A DNA stretch of 63,538 nt, the filler included, from Octopus bimaculoides (Eukaryota): NCBI RefSeq assembly GCF_001194135.2. It is 7 parts of 7 records of this genome, joined end to end, with 100 filler letters (N's around TTAATTAATTAA, not from the genome) between each part and the next. Parts side by side here need not be neighbours in the genome. Positions count along the whole stretch, not along the records: positions 22,803 to 29,595 come from NC_068987.1; positions 29,696 to 39,428 come from NC_068995.1; 5 more parts are not named here. The stretch is one strand, 5' to 3'. Of the stretch, positions 23,449-34,822 are shown one piece after another. Both the position numbers and the translations under genes were made by a program. The notes beneath the pieces were generated by a model. That model searched no databases and was not told where the DNA came from. It was given only the letters and a program-made list of their open reading frames with translations. Within the stretch, counting starts at the first letter, position 1; every line of letters begins with the position of its first letter.

Positions 23449-24242
23449 CTAGGAAGCGAGTGTGACCACTGCTGGTTAATGGCCTGCAAAGCGATGACGA
23501 CGTTTTAGTCCAGATAATGGTTTGCAGTCTTTAGCACAGCTACTACATTAATGTCTCTTCTCAGTTAAATGCAATGCAGAATCAGAACATTTGTCGTTGG
23601 GTACATTCCAGTAACCACCCGCAAATCGTAGAGACTATCTTCTCAGGAGATGTAACTTTACATTGAAAACTACGAGATTTAACTAAAACTGTTGTAAATT
23701 TATGAACAAAATCACAGACACGCGTAAATAAGTTTCTAGCTTACATATTTATTTGCTGGTAGAAAAAATTTCAATGACCTGACACAGGGGTTAACATTAT
23801 TCGGAACGTATTCTAAGACAATGTACACTTTATTACCTCTGTAGAGGAATACGCAGAAAATAGCGTTTAAAACCCACCAGTATGGGTTTATACTAGTATT
23901 TAGTGAGATAGAGCATTTGTTTACACATTTATACAGCTTCGGTTTGAATTTTGGTATATATATACCGTCTTAAAAGCCGCACTCTGTGCAGACTTTTGAG
24001 CTGGCTCCTCTAGAGGGCTAATTGGGCCTGTAGCCCAAAACTAAACAGAGCTAAATAGCATGACTATAATACGTCTATAATGACTATATGCCCCGGTGGT
24101 GTTTAATCAGAAGTTAAGGACAGATGAGAATTAATTTTGTAATACAATCATTAGGTATAAATATGTCTATATTGAGCTAATAGACACTGGGATACAGGGG
24201 GTCAAGGGTGGATCGACAGAATTTCGCTTTTATTATTATAGA
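23449..24242 (-). mobile_element. Candidate non-autonomous Helitron
   Basis: Minus strand begins A|TCTATAATAATAAAAGCGAAA and ends with an imperfect hairpin plus CTAG|T at 23449. A similar 5' end (A|TCTAACATAATAAATGCGAAA) occurs at 10295. Confidence 0.4.
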
Positions 24243-24291
24243 TGTACGGATACAGAAATATTAATAAATAAACATATTCATACATGCCCAC

Positions 24292-24536
24292 GGGCATATG
24301 GCGTAGTGGTTAAAAGCGCAGGCTACTAACCCCAAGATTCCGAGTTCGATTCCAGGCAGTGACCTGAGTAATAATGATGATAATAATAATATCAAAAAAA
24401 TACCATAGGAATGAGAACCCAGGTTCGAAATTTCCCCAAGACACTGACGAAGGCTGGAGGGTATATCAGCCGAAATGTTGTGTTAACAACAAACAAACAA
24501 GATGAGGAGAAATATCCGTCAAATGTAAATAATGTA
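24292..24536 (+). mobile_element. SINE family F: tRNA-like head, (AAT)n spacer, hammerhead-like tail (core degenerate in this copy)
   Basis: A box TGGCGTAGTGG and B box GAGTTCGATTCC. Body and tail align to 47292-47560. Motif ACA-CTGACGA-A-GGCTG..CAGCC-GAAA-TG-TT-GTGT. Confidence 0.8.
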
Positions 24537-24561
24537 TATTCATACATACACACGCATACGC

Positions 24562-24593
<32 letters not shown>

Positions 24594-25568
24594 CATGTGT
24601 ATATATAGAGAGAGTCAAGACTATTGAAAAGGTTGCAAGACGCAACGAAAATTTAGGAAAATAAAAATAAGAAATAAATGGAAATTTTACCGGTGAGTGT
24701 GATAAATTTTAAGGCACAATAAGAAAATTACTCTCCCCAGATACAAAGGAATATGCTTCAACACACGAAATCACATAAAAAATCCTGCAAACCAAATCTC
24801 AAAACGAAATATATATATATATACACACACACGTGTATTGAATCATATATTCATATACGCTTATATATATATGTGCATCTGTATGCATATATTTATATAC
24901 AGATATATATTAATGTATAATATGAGTGTGTGTGTGTGTGTGTGTGTGTCTACTCGTTAGCACGTCTCGATAGAGCGAAATTTCGGACTATTTCAGAATG
25001 TGTTCTGTTCAGATCATTTTGCTGCCAACAATTAATAGCTGCAAGTTTTATAGAAAATAAATGTCTTAGATTAGACTAACCTCTACGTTATCACTTAAAC
25101 TCTAAGAAACAGCAGCCAAATCTCACTCAGACCGCAACCGAGCGTCTTTAAAAACGAGATGCGTGGGATATTGTAACTGCCTTGAGAAATATCTTGTGAA
25201 AAATGATGGAATGATAACGGTTGGAAGTACAATTAAACATAGGTCTGTTCAATCAGGACCGACGCGAGACCGAACAGCAACATATACATCTTAAACACAA
25301 AATATTCTTCAGTATATCGAATTGTTTAGACTTCCCTGTGCTTATTAGTAATTTCATAACAGTTCTTCACGGTGTATTAGATATTTCTTAACGCTTCTTT
25401 TAACTAATAGCAATATGTAAATTAACACAGCCTTGTCTAGCGAGTCCATTTTCTCTAAATAGCTAAAAGCTATTTATTTTTGATAACACAATGACTGACG
25501 TCAAGTGATCTCTGATTCAAGATGTTTGTTTTTGTTTTTTTTGTTTGCGTTTTTTTTTTTTTTTTTAG

Positions 25569-25582
25569 AATGAGATACAACG
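25569..25582 (+). other. Candidate 14-nt microexon (AATGAGATACAACG)
   Basis: Long T-rich tract plus TAG acceptor, consensus donor G|GTAAGT, and a CTGAC branch-like motif at 25495. No transcript evidence. Confidence 0.35.
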
Positions 25583-26604
25583 GTAAGTATGGAATCCGTG
25601 CCTTGCTGTCAAGATGTCTGGTTCTAATTCTCATCAACACTATATGTATTTTTTAAGCTCAAAAATATATTACAGTAAACTACAACTTTAAGGTGGCGGA
25701 CTGACAGACTCGTTAAGTACGTCTGACAAAATGTTTAGCGTCATTTCTTCTGGCAATAAACTACCAATCAAAATATAAAGGGTCAATGTAATCAAGCTAC
25801 CCACACCCTACCTCAAAATTTCAAAATTGATATCTATATCGAGTATATCTCAGTATCGAGATTTTGTTTGTGGGTAAGATTCTGTTTCAAAGCAGCGAAA
25901 CGATAGAACAATTAAAGGAGACAATTATTCTTAAGCAAGTTTTATTTCTGATGATCACTTTACACGTAAACACAGCTTCGTTGTGGATATACAGTATACA
26001 AAATACAAATATGCTGTAGAGTAATTTTCCATTTCTCGTTTGCAGACACCTTACTTAAATCTTTATAAACTACGAATTCTCATCGCAGCTATCTGCCATA
26101 GAAGTTTTCTTTATTCGCCGTACATTTTGAAATTGTGTTAATCTTGTTATGAAGACAGTTGCTGGCTTGCTTGTATTTTTTTCAATTACGACTTACGACT
26201 TACGACTATCGGGCATAAAAAAATGTTTGTGAGACCTTATTGCAAGCTGACAGCAGCGATGTTTCGTCCTGTATGCAGAGCTCATTTTTTTTTAAGTATA
26301 CCCCAATATGTTCGGTGAACGGCAGAATTGATAAAGCACTGGAAAATCTTGTTTAGGACTGCTTTTATTTTTACGATTTTCAATATTCACTTGAGTCTAC
26401 TTTATCGTTTTTCTTCAGAGGTCGATAAACCAGTCAAGTCATGGCGTCGATTTGATAGTCATGCAACTAAAATCTGCAATATTGTCTCGGTATTGTAAAT
26501 TCCTAATTTAATCCTAACCCTAAGCTTAATTTCAAAGATACCATGTGCACTTTTAGTTTTCTTCTGGTTCCAAGTTTTAATTTAATAATAAAATTACTGG
26601 TTTG

Positions 26605-26804
26605 TTATTTTTGGTGCAAGACCACCAGTTTCGATGGAGGGAGCAATTGACTACATCGTCCCCACTGTTTAACAAGCAAGTGTTTTATCGACCCCGAAAA
26701 GCGATGAAGGGCTAAGTCGACTAAGTGACCTCAGATTGTAAAGACAGAAGAGATGTCGCTAAGCATTTTGCCCGACGCGGTAACGATTCTACCAGCTTGC
26801 CGCC
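26605..26804 (-). mobile_element. SINE family A, degenerate
   Basis: TTTTATCGACCCCGAAA..GATGAA; CTAAGCATTTTGCCCG; AACGATTCTACCAGCTTGCCGCC. Confidence 0.75.
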
Positions 26805-28116
26805 TTTTTTTAATAATAAAATTATTATAAGTTATTTCAGAGTTGTATTTGTTAGTTAAATAGGTTGATGTGATAACGTGTGTCAAAGCTGAAATTACTT
26901 TGTGAGAACGTCAAAAATACAACTAAATCAGTTATATTTACTTTTCGCTTATTTCTTGGCCGCACTGTCTATTTTAAAGTGTGAAAAAGTTTCATCTCAC
27001 TTCATAATAGTCAAAAATGTTAAGATATCAACGAAAACTGCAGTAAGAGTTTTTGTGTGTTCTTAAATGTTTAAACTGACTCTTCTGCGATATAATTGTT
27101 ATTGAAGGTTAACCATCAATGAATTTTAATATCAATAATATTAGATTGTAATCAAAACATTTTTAATTTTTGCTTATTATTTTCTTTCTTTTTTCCTTGT
27201 GTAAAGTCGAGACTAAAAGCTTTCCATTCGACCTGGTACAATGATAACAATGAAACTTAAACAAAGCTAATATATTCAATCTTTTCTTCATAACTTGGAC
27301 ATTTTGATACAATTCAAATTGTAATGGAAATGAGAGAAGAAGAAATTCTATAACTCTAAGAGAGGGAAACACGTCTTAAGAATCTGAAACCGAAATTTAA
27401 TCTATAGAACCTATTTATCGATACGTACCAATAAATATTGACATATTAGAAATCAATATTTATCGATAAGAATACACCAGTAAAATAATTATATACTAAT
27501 AGTGGACATACGTCTGTTATCAGGAATTTACAGATGATTTACAAGCTACTAAAATTATCAATTTATGAGTTAGTCTTGAGAGAACAGAGCAGTACTCAAG
27601 ACGTATGCAAGCATTCCAAGACTGGTGAGATTGGTGTAGCTGATATTCAACTGAAATCATGAAAAATATGGACTAGGGTGGAATACCTGGGGTTAAAATT
27701 TTAGGAAAGCAAGGACTGGAAGAAATATTAATGTTAACTCTGGGAGTTGAGTCGCCTTACAAAAATATATTTACGCCAGGAGTGTCACAGGTATAATACA
27801 GTGCAAGCTTCTAAACCATACAGCCATATGGCAGATGATAAACATTAGTGTCGTTGGCTACAGATTTTCAACAGGCAGACTATATTTTGGATTACGAGAG
27901 CGGAACGGGATGTGCGATATTTACAGTTTCACCAGCGCTGTTAACGATATTATTAGAATGAAACAGCCACAGCTTATCAGTGACGAATCTACTCGTCACC
28001 ATTTACTCTGCTCCACTTATAGCTAAAACAATATATTGCCTTAAAGCTGAAAATTTCTAAGAGAAGCGTATAATCAATTCGATCGACTTCATTATATACC
28101 GGTATTCAGCTTATCA

Positions 28117-28556
28117 GGTCGGCGAGCAAGCAGAATCGTTATTATATCGGACGAAATGCTTAGTGGCATTTCTTCCGTTTTCTTACGTTCTGTGTTCAAA
28201 TCCTGCTGAGGTTAACTTTGCCTTTTATCCTTTCAGGGCCGATGAAATAAGTACCTGTTGAGCCTCTGGGCTAGTAATCAACTAGCCTCCTCCCCCAAAA
28301 TTTCAGGCCGTGTATCTGTAGTAGAAAAGGATTATATATCTGGTAATTAGCTTATCAGGTCGGCGAGCTGGCAAAATCGTTAGTATTTCGGACAAAATGC
28401 TTAGTGGCATTTCTTCCGGTTCTCTACGTTCTATGTTCAAATCCTGCTGAAGTCAGCTTTGCTTTTCTTTCTTCCAGAATCGATAAAATAAAGTATCAGA
28501 CAAGTATTTGGGTCGATGTAATCGACTTACACCCTCCACTCAAAAGTTGCTAACCT
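28117..28556 (+). mobile_element. Two tandem SINE family A copies sharing a duplicated 5' flank
   Basis: ATTATATA..GGTA.T.AGCTTATCAGGTCGGCGAGC at 28091 and 28331. Both copies share private variants such as TTCTTCCG and TGTTCAAATCCTGCTGA. Confidence 0.8.
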
Positions 28557-28560
28557 TGAT

Positions 28561-28660
28561 CCCTGCAACGGATTGGCGTCCCCGTCTGCGGGGTGACACG
28601 CGCCATGGAAACCGGGAAACCAGCTACAATGAATCCTAGGGCGCAAGAGAAACTTTAATC
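28561..28660 (+). mobile_element. 3' fragment of another SINE family
   Basis: CCTGCAACGGATTGGCGTCCCCGTC...CATGGAAACCGGGAAACC resembles the widespread CCTGCGATGGACTGGC SINE module (recalled, not searched). Confidence 0.45.
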
Positions 28661-28800
28661 TATCAACGCCGAAAAGGTACGAGATCTTCTACGTGATCAT
28701 TTGTCACAGTAGAAATTATCACCAATTCTCATTTCCCTGAAATTATACCCTACCCAAATAAAAATAAAAAATAAAAATATGGAACCTAGCTTTGTTTTCA

Positions 28801-29207
28801 GGCGTAGGAGTGGCTGTGTGGTAAGTAGCTTGCTTACCAACCACATGGTTCCGGGTTCAGTCCCACTGCGTGGCACCTTGGGCAAGTGTCTTCTACTATA
28901 GCGTCGGGCCGACCAAAGCCTTGTGAGTGGATTTGGTAGACGGAAACTGAAAGAAGCCCGTCGTATATATGTATATATACATATGTGTGTGTACGTGCGT
29001 GTGTTGTGTGTGTGTGTGCTTATCCCCCTAGCATTGCTTGACAACCAATGCTGGTGTATTTATGTCCCCGTCACTTGGCGGTTCGGCAAAACAGACCGAT
29101 AGAATAAGTACTAGGCTTACAAAGAATAAGTCCCGGGGTCGATTTGCTCGACTAAAGGCGGTGCTCCAGCATGGCCGCAGTCAAATGACTGAAACTAGTA
29201 AAAGAGT
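28801..29207 (+). mobile_element. SINE family B, near full length (CORE-SINE-like)
   Basis: A box TGGCTGTGTGG, B-box-like GGTTCAGTCCC, CORE-like CCTTGGGCAAGT, internal (TA/TG)n, 3' end ATGACTGAAACTAGTAAAAGAG. At least 8 other partial copies in the window. Confidence 0.9.
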
Positions 29208-29833
29208 ACGCATTGAGTAATGTATTCCTAAATGCATTATGGCTGAAAATGAAAGTAAAATCAAAACTGAAAAGTTTGAAATGCCTGGTGTTTAGATGAA
29301 GGACGATTTTTGGCGAATCATCATTTTCAACAATAACTCTTTCTTCTATAGACGTAAGGTTTGACGGGAGGGGTGAGTCGATTCCATCAACCACAGTGCT
29401 CAACTGCTACTTTATCTTATCGATCCCGAAATAATGAAATGCAAGATCGGCCTCAGTGGCATCTGAGCTATATTCAACAATAATAACAACAGCAATAACA
29501 TCAACAACAACCACAGGAAAAGTGAAGCCAAATATGGTTGCAGAGATATTTAAACTCAGAATGTAGAGAGGCAAAATGATATATATACATATATANNNNN
29601 NNNNNNNNNNNNNNNNNNNNNNNNNNNNNNNNNNNNNNNTTAATTAATTAANNNNNNNNNNNNNNNNNNNNNNNNNNNNNNNNNNNNNNNNNNNNTTATT
29701 TTAGAAAAATACATCAATTTTCTGGTTGAGGTAACTGAAGTGATAATGAGAGAGAGGTGGGGATAAAAACGTGGAGGAGGAAGAGGAGAAAGAGGATTTG
29801 GAGAAGGAGGAGGAGGAGGAGGAGGGGGAGGAG

Positions 29834-29881
<48 letters not shown>

Positions 29882-30027
29882 GAGGATGAGAGGACAAGGA
29901 TGAGGAGCAGTTGAAATACAAGAATGGAAAGAGATGATAGCCAAGCCAAAGTAAAAATAGCAAAGGGAAATATATAATCCAGAGAAAGACTTAATTACAA
30001 TATTGGCGAGATTAATAAGAATGTAAT

Positions 30028-30081
<54 letters not shown>

Positions 30082-31267
30082 CATACATATATACATATAT
30101 ACCCATATACATACACATATAGGGAAGTGAGAGCAAAATAAATGAGCGACACTCTTTATGCAGAATCACTACAAATGTTTCGACACATTACTACTCTTAC
30201 AGTGCATTGGTAAGATGTCGTGTAATCATTATCAAACATCCAAGGTGTAAAATGTGCCTCCTCGGGTGATTGTTTAAGTATGTCCACCGTTAGATTCTAC
30301 CGTTATTTCACTCAGAGAGAGAATGCATTCCGAAAGTGACATCAAGTGGCCGGTAATTGTGGACAAGCTTTGCATAGCATTCTATGGAGTGTTTGTCCTG
30401 TTATTTGTATTTGTGTAACATTCTCCGTTTTTTTTCCGTCCTTGTTTTCGTATACATTTGCTGCTTTCTTCCAAGGAATCTAATGCTCTTAGCTTAGTTT
30501 TTTTCTTGGGGCTGGCCAGATTCAAGCAATCTCGAGTATACACAGCCGAAATTGCAAAGATAAGCTGGAACTCGACTGAGAAAAGAAAACTCCGAACGAC
30601 CCGTCCTTATTTCCTTTGTATCGTCTATTTGGATGTTTTGTTGTCCCTTTTTGTATCCCCTAACTGTCTGTATGTTTCGAGTTCTTGTCCCATTTTGTAT
30701 TNNNNNNNNNNNNNNNNNNNNNNNNNNNNNNNNNNNNNNNNNNNNNNNNNNNNNNNNNNNNNNNNNNNNNNNNNNNNNNNNNNNNNNNNNNNNNNNNNNN
30801 NNNNNNNNNNNNNNNNNNNNNNNNNNNNNNNNNNNNNNNNNNNNNNNNNNNNNNNNNNNNNNNNNNNNNNNNNNNNNNNNNNNNNNNNNNNNNNNNNNNN
30901 NNNNNNNNNNNNNNNNNNNNNNNNNNNNNNNNNNNNNNNNNNNNNNNNNNNNNNNNNNNNNNNNNNNNNNNNNNNNNNNNNNNNNNNNNNNNNNNNNNNN
31001 NNNNNNNNNNNNNNNNNNNNNNNNNNNNNNNNNNNNNNNNNNNNNNNNNNNNNNNNNNNNNNNNNNNNNNNNNNNNNNNNNNNNNNNNNNNNNNNNNNNN
31101 NNNNNNNNNNNNNNNNNNNNNNNNNNNNNNNNNNNNNNNNNNNNNNNNNNNNNNNNNNNNNNNNNNNNNNNNNNNNNNNNNNNNNNNNNNNNNNNNNNNN
31201 NNNNNNNNNNNNNNNNNNNNNNNNNNNNNNNNNNNNNNNNNNNNNNNNNNNNNNNNNNNNNNNNNNN

Positions 31268-31314
<47 letters not shown>

Positions 31315-31336
31315 TATATAGATATAGATATAGATA

Positions 31337-31535
31337 TATGTTTGTGTGCTTGTGTTTGTCCCCCCAACATCGCTTGACAACCGATGCCGGTGTGTTTACT
31401 TAGCGGTTCAGCAAAAGAGGCTGATAGTATAATCAATAGGCTTACAAAGAATAAGTTCAGGGGTCGATTTGTTCGACTAATGGTGGTGCTCCAGCATGAC
31501 CACAGTCAAATGACTGAAAGAAATAAAAGAAAAAG
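31337..31535 (+). mobile_element. SINE family B 3' half
   Basis: GTTTGTCCCCCCAACATCGCTTGACAACCGATG...GTGCTCCAGCATGACCACAGTCAAATGACTGAAA. Confidence 0.85.
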
Positions 31536-31538
31536 AAG

Positions 31539-31627
<89 letters not shown>

Positions 31628-32064
31628 GGAAGTAGTCAGCAGAATGAATGGATGCATAGATGCATAGGTCAAATACAAGTGTTGATAAAACTAGTGTGTG
31701 TGTGTATTTGTCTGTGTATGTGTGTGTTTGTGTGCGTGTTTGTGTGTGTGTATATGTGTGTATCTGTGTGTATGTGTGTGCGCTTGAGCGTGTGTTTGTG
31801 TGTGTGTGTGTGTGTGTGTTTGTGTATGTGTGTGTTTGTTTGTGTGTGTGTGTACATGTGTGTGTATGTGTGTGTATGTTTGTTTGTGTGTGTTTGCTGA
31901 TGATAAACATATCTTCCCAAAACGCAGTTCAAATTACCTAACGACGTAAATATCAGTTTATGTAATGGACAAAGAGAGGATGACCACCTATATGAACGAT
32001 ACTATTACTATTGTATGGCATATAACACGCATGGAAACACACACAGGCACACACACGTACACAT

Positions 32065-32105
<41 letters not shown>

Positions 32106-33236
32106 NNNNNNNNNNNNNNNNNNNNNNNNNNNNNNNNNNNNNNNNNNNNNNNNNNNNNNNNNNNNNNNNNNNNNNNNNNNNNNNNNNNNNNNNNNNNNNN
32201 NNNNNNNNNNNNNNNNNNNNNNNNNNNNNNNNNNNNNNNNNNNNNNNNNNNNNNNNNNNNNNNNNNNNNNNNNNNNNNNNNNNNNNNNNNNNNNNNNNNN
32301 NNNNNNNNNNNNNNNNNNNNNNNNNNNNNNNNNNNNNNNNNNNNNNNNNNNNNNNNNNNNNNNNNNNNNNNNNNNNNNNNNNNNNNNNNNNNNNNNNNNN
32401 NNNNNNNNNNNNNNNNNNNNNNNNNNNNNNNNNNNNNNNNNNNNNNNNNNNNNNNNNNNNNNNNNNNNNNNNNNNNNNNNNNNNNNNNNNNNNNNNNNNN
32501 NNNNNNNNNNNNNNNNNNNNNNNNNNNNNNNNNNNNNNNNNNNNNNNNNNNNNNNNNNNNNNNNNNNNGTCGACCTCTGCAACCTCCGTCAACTCCGACG
32601 ACACATCGACGATGATGACGACGACGACGACGACGATGACGTTGGCGACGATGGTGATGACCGCGACGACGGTCACACTGGTGGCCGTGCCGTCGATTAC
32701 GAACTGCAACAATGACCACAATTATGACATCGGTAGTGTTGGTTATAAGGTTAAGTTTCCCATTGTCAATAATTGTGACGATAATGGCGTTGACGATAAT
32801 TACAAACCGCTGGCAACTGCAGCGACTTTCAGGGTTTTAATTGCGTATTGTCCATGACAAAAGAGTGATTGGAGATGTGAACTTGCTTCCTGTACATATG
32901 CAATGAATGTGTCTTTTCGCTGTTGATGGAGACATGCTTATTGTGTGACTATTGCAGAATATTTTAGCGGTCTCTATCTGCAGGATCTGTGAAGGTTTGG
33001 GGAAAGGTTGTCCACTAGGTTACATGTACATGGTGCTTGTGTGTACGCAAGGTTACCTTTCATTGCCTTAGGCCCCTCAACGTTTTGAAGGTTTTGTAGG
33101 AGCACCGTCCTGTCATACGGCGTGGCTTTTGCATTTTGTGGACCCTGGTGGGTTGTATCCCAATTTCATATAGGACCTCGGCCGATTTCGCCGAGGAAGA
33201 TATAGATAGATAGAAACGAAGGAGGAAAGGAAGGAA

Positions 33237-33276
<40 letters not shown>

Positions 33277-34034
33277 AAAGGAGTGGACTCTATAACAGAA
33301 CTATTGGTTTACTTACCGATTCTGAAAAATATAAGGCAAAGGTGACCGTAGCGGGATTTGAAATCAGAACATAGACATTCAGAACGATTACTGGAAATCA
33401 ATCTTTCATATGCTTCAATGACTCTGCTAACTGACCTAACTTTTGCGGAAGGTTAGCGAGATGTGAAAGTTGGTACCGTCTGTATAGGAATGGACGGTAT
33501 TGGAAGTGATGAGAACTAGACACGAAGCAAAATACGAAGAAAGCGGGGAGTATAACAGAACCCTGGGACAGACCAGAGATCATACTGTGTATGTTAAAGA
33601 GTGAGTGAGTAAATGAGCGAGAGAGAGAAAGACAGAGAGCAGGAGGAAGCGTTCAAACTGCGATGGTATGACCTCAGAGTACGTTTTCCATTGCAAGAAA
33701 TGAGAGCCGGATGGATGAAGCGTACATGCAGCCAAATGGGGATATTCAATGGGTGAAACACTTGGTTCACGTCATTTCCGATGCTGATAAGGACAATAGA
33801 GAACCTATAGAGTACCTATGCAGAAGAAATGTAAAGTATTTTATTTCGACACATTTGGTTTATTGGTCCATTGGTTTTTACCCACCGACGTGTCGACCGT
33901 TCGCCTGTACACGCACACACGCACACACACAAACACACGTGCATGTGCACAAACACACAAACACGCACGCACACACATACAGAAACACGGCCACAAACGC
34001 GAAAGTGCACACACACGTTGCTTCCCAACGATAT

Positions 34035-34155
34035 GGTTCCCAACGATATGGTTCCAGGTTCAGTCCCACGGTGTACCACTTTCTATTCTAGCCTCGGCCG
34101 ACCAACGTAATGTGAGTGTACTTGATAAACAGAACCTGAAATAAGCTCGTCGTAT
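34035..34155 (+). mobile_element. SINE family B 5' fragment
   Basis: ATGGTTCCAGGTTCAGTCCCACGG..TTCTATTCTAGCCTCGGCCGACCAA..GCTCGTCGTATATAT. Confidence 0.7.
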
Positions 34156-34545
34156 ATATATATGTGTGTGTGTGTGTGTATGTTTGTGTGTGTGTGTGGG
34201 TGTGTGGGTGTTTGTATTTGAGTGTGTGATGAGGTAGCCTTCTTTATCTGCACTGATTTGTAAATACAAAAACGCATTGTGTAATGCGTGGTATTCATAT
34301 TAGTGTAGATATATAAAATAATCTATTATACACTGAAATTATCGTTACACGGTGAAGGCTACGAAACGGCCGTAACCCTAAGGTTGACAGGTGGTTAAAT
34401 AAATATATTGACCTCTCATAACTCTTGATATATTTAAGGTATATGTGTGTGCGTGTGTCTGTGTCTGTGTCTGTCTCTGTGTATGTATGTATGTGTATGT
34501 TTATACATATATATAGATGTGTATATACATATATAATTATGTATT

Positions 34546-34588
<43 letters not shown>

Positions 34589-34785
34589 GTGTGTATAACA
34601 ATCCAATTTGTATGTGTATTTATATATATANNNNNNNNNNNNNNNNNNNNNNNNNNNNNNNNNNNNNNNNNNNNNNNNNNNNNNNNNNNNNNNNNNNNNN
34701 NNNNNNNNNNNNNNNNNNNNNNNNNNNNNNNNNNNNNNNNNNNNNNNNNNNNNNNNNNNNNNNNNNNNNNNNNNNNNNNNNNNNN

Positions 34786-34822
<37 letters not shown>

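Noticed and set aside
24292-24365. SINE heads (also 28801, 37129, 53008) as tRNA genes
   Set aside because: A and B boxes are present, but there is no pairing acceptor stem or terminator, and each continues into a repeat body.
30170-30345. Two hammerhead-like remnants (minus 30170-30206; plus 30308-30340)
   Set aside because: GAAA and partial stems are present, but the cores (CTGTAAGA; CTCAGAG) and stem II are too degenerate to support from single copies.
34024-34053. 15-bp tandem duplication CCCAACGATATGGTT
   Set aside because: It is a simple local duplication in a SINE-B head.
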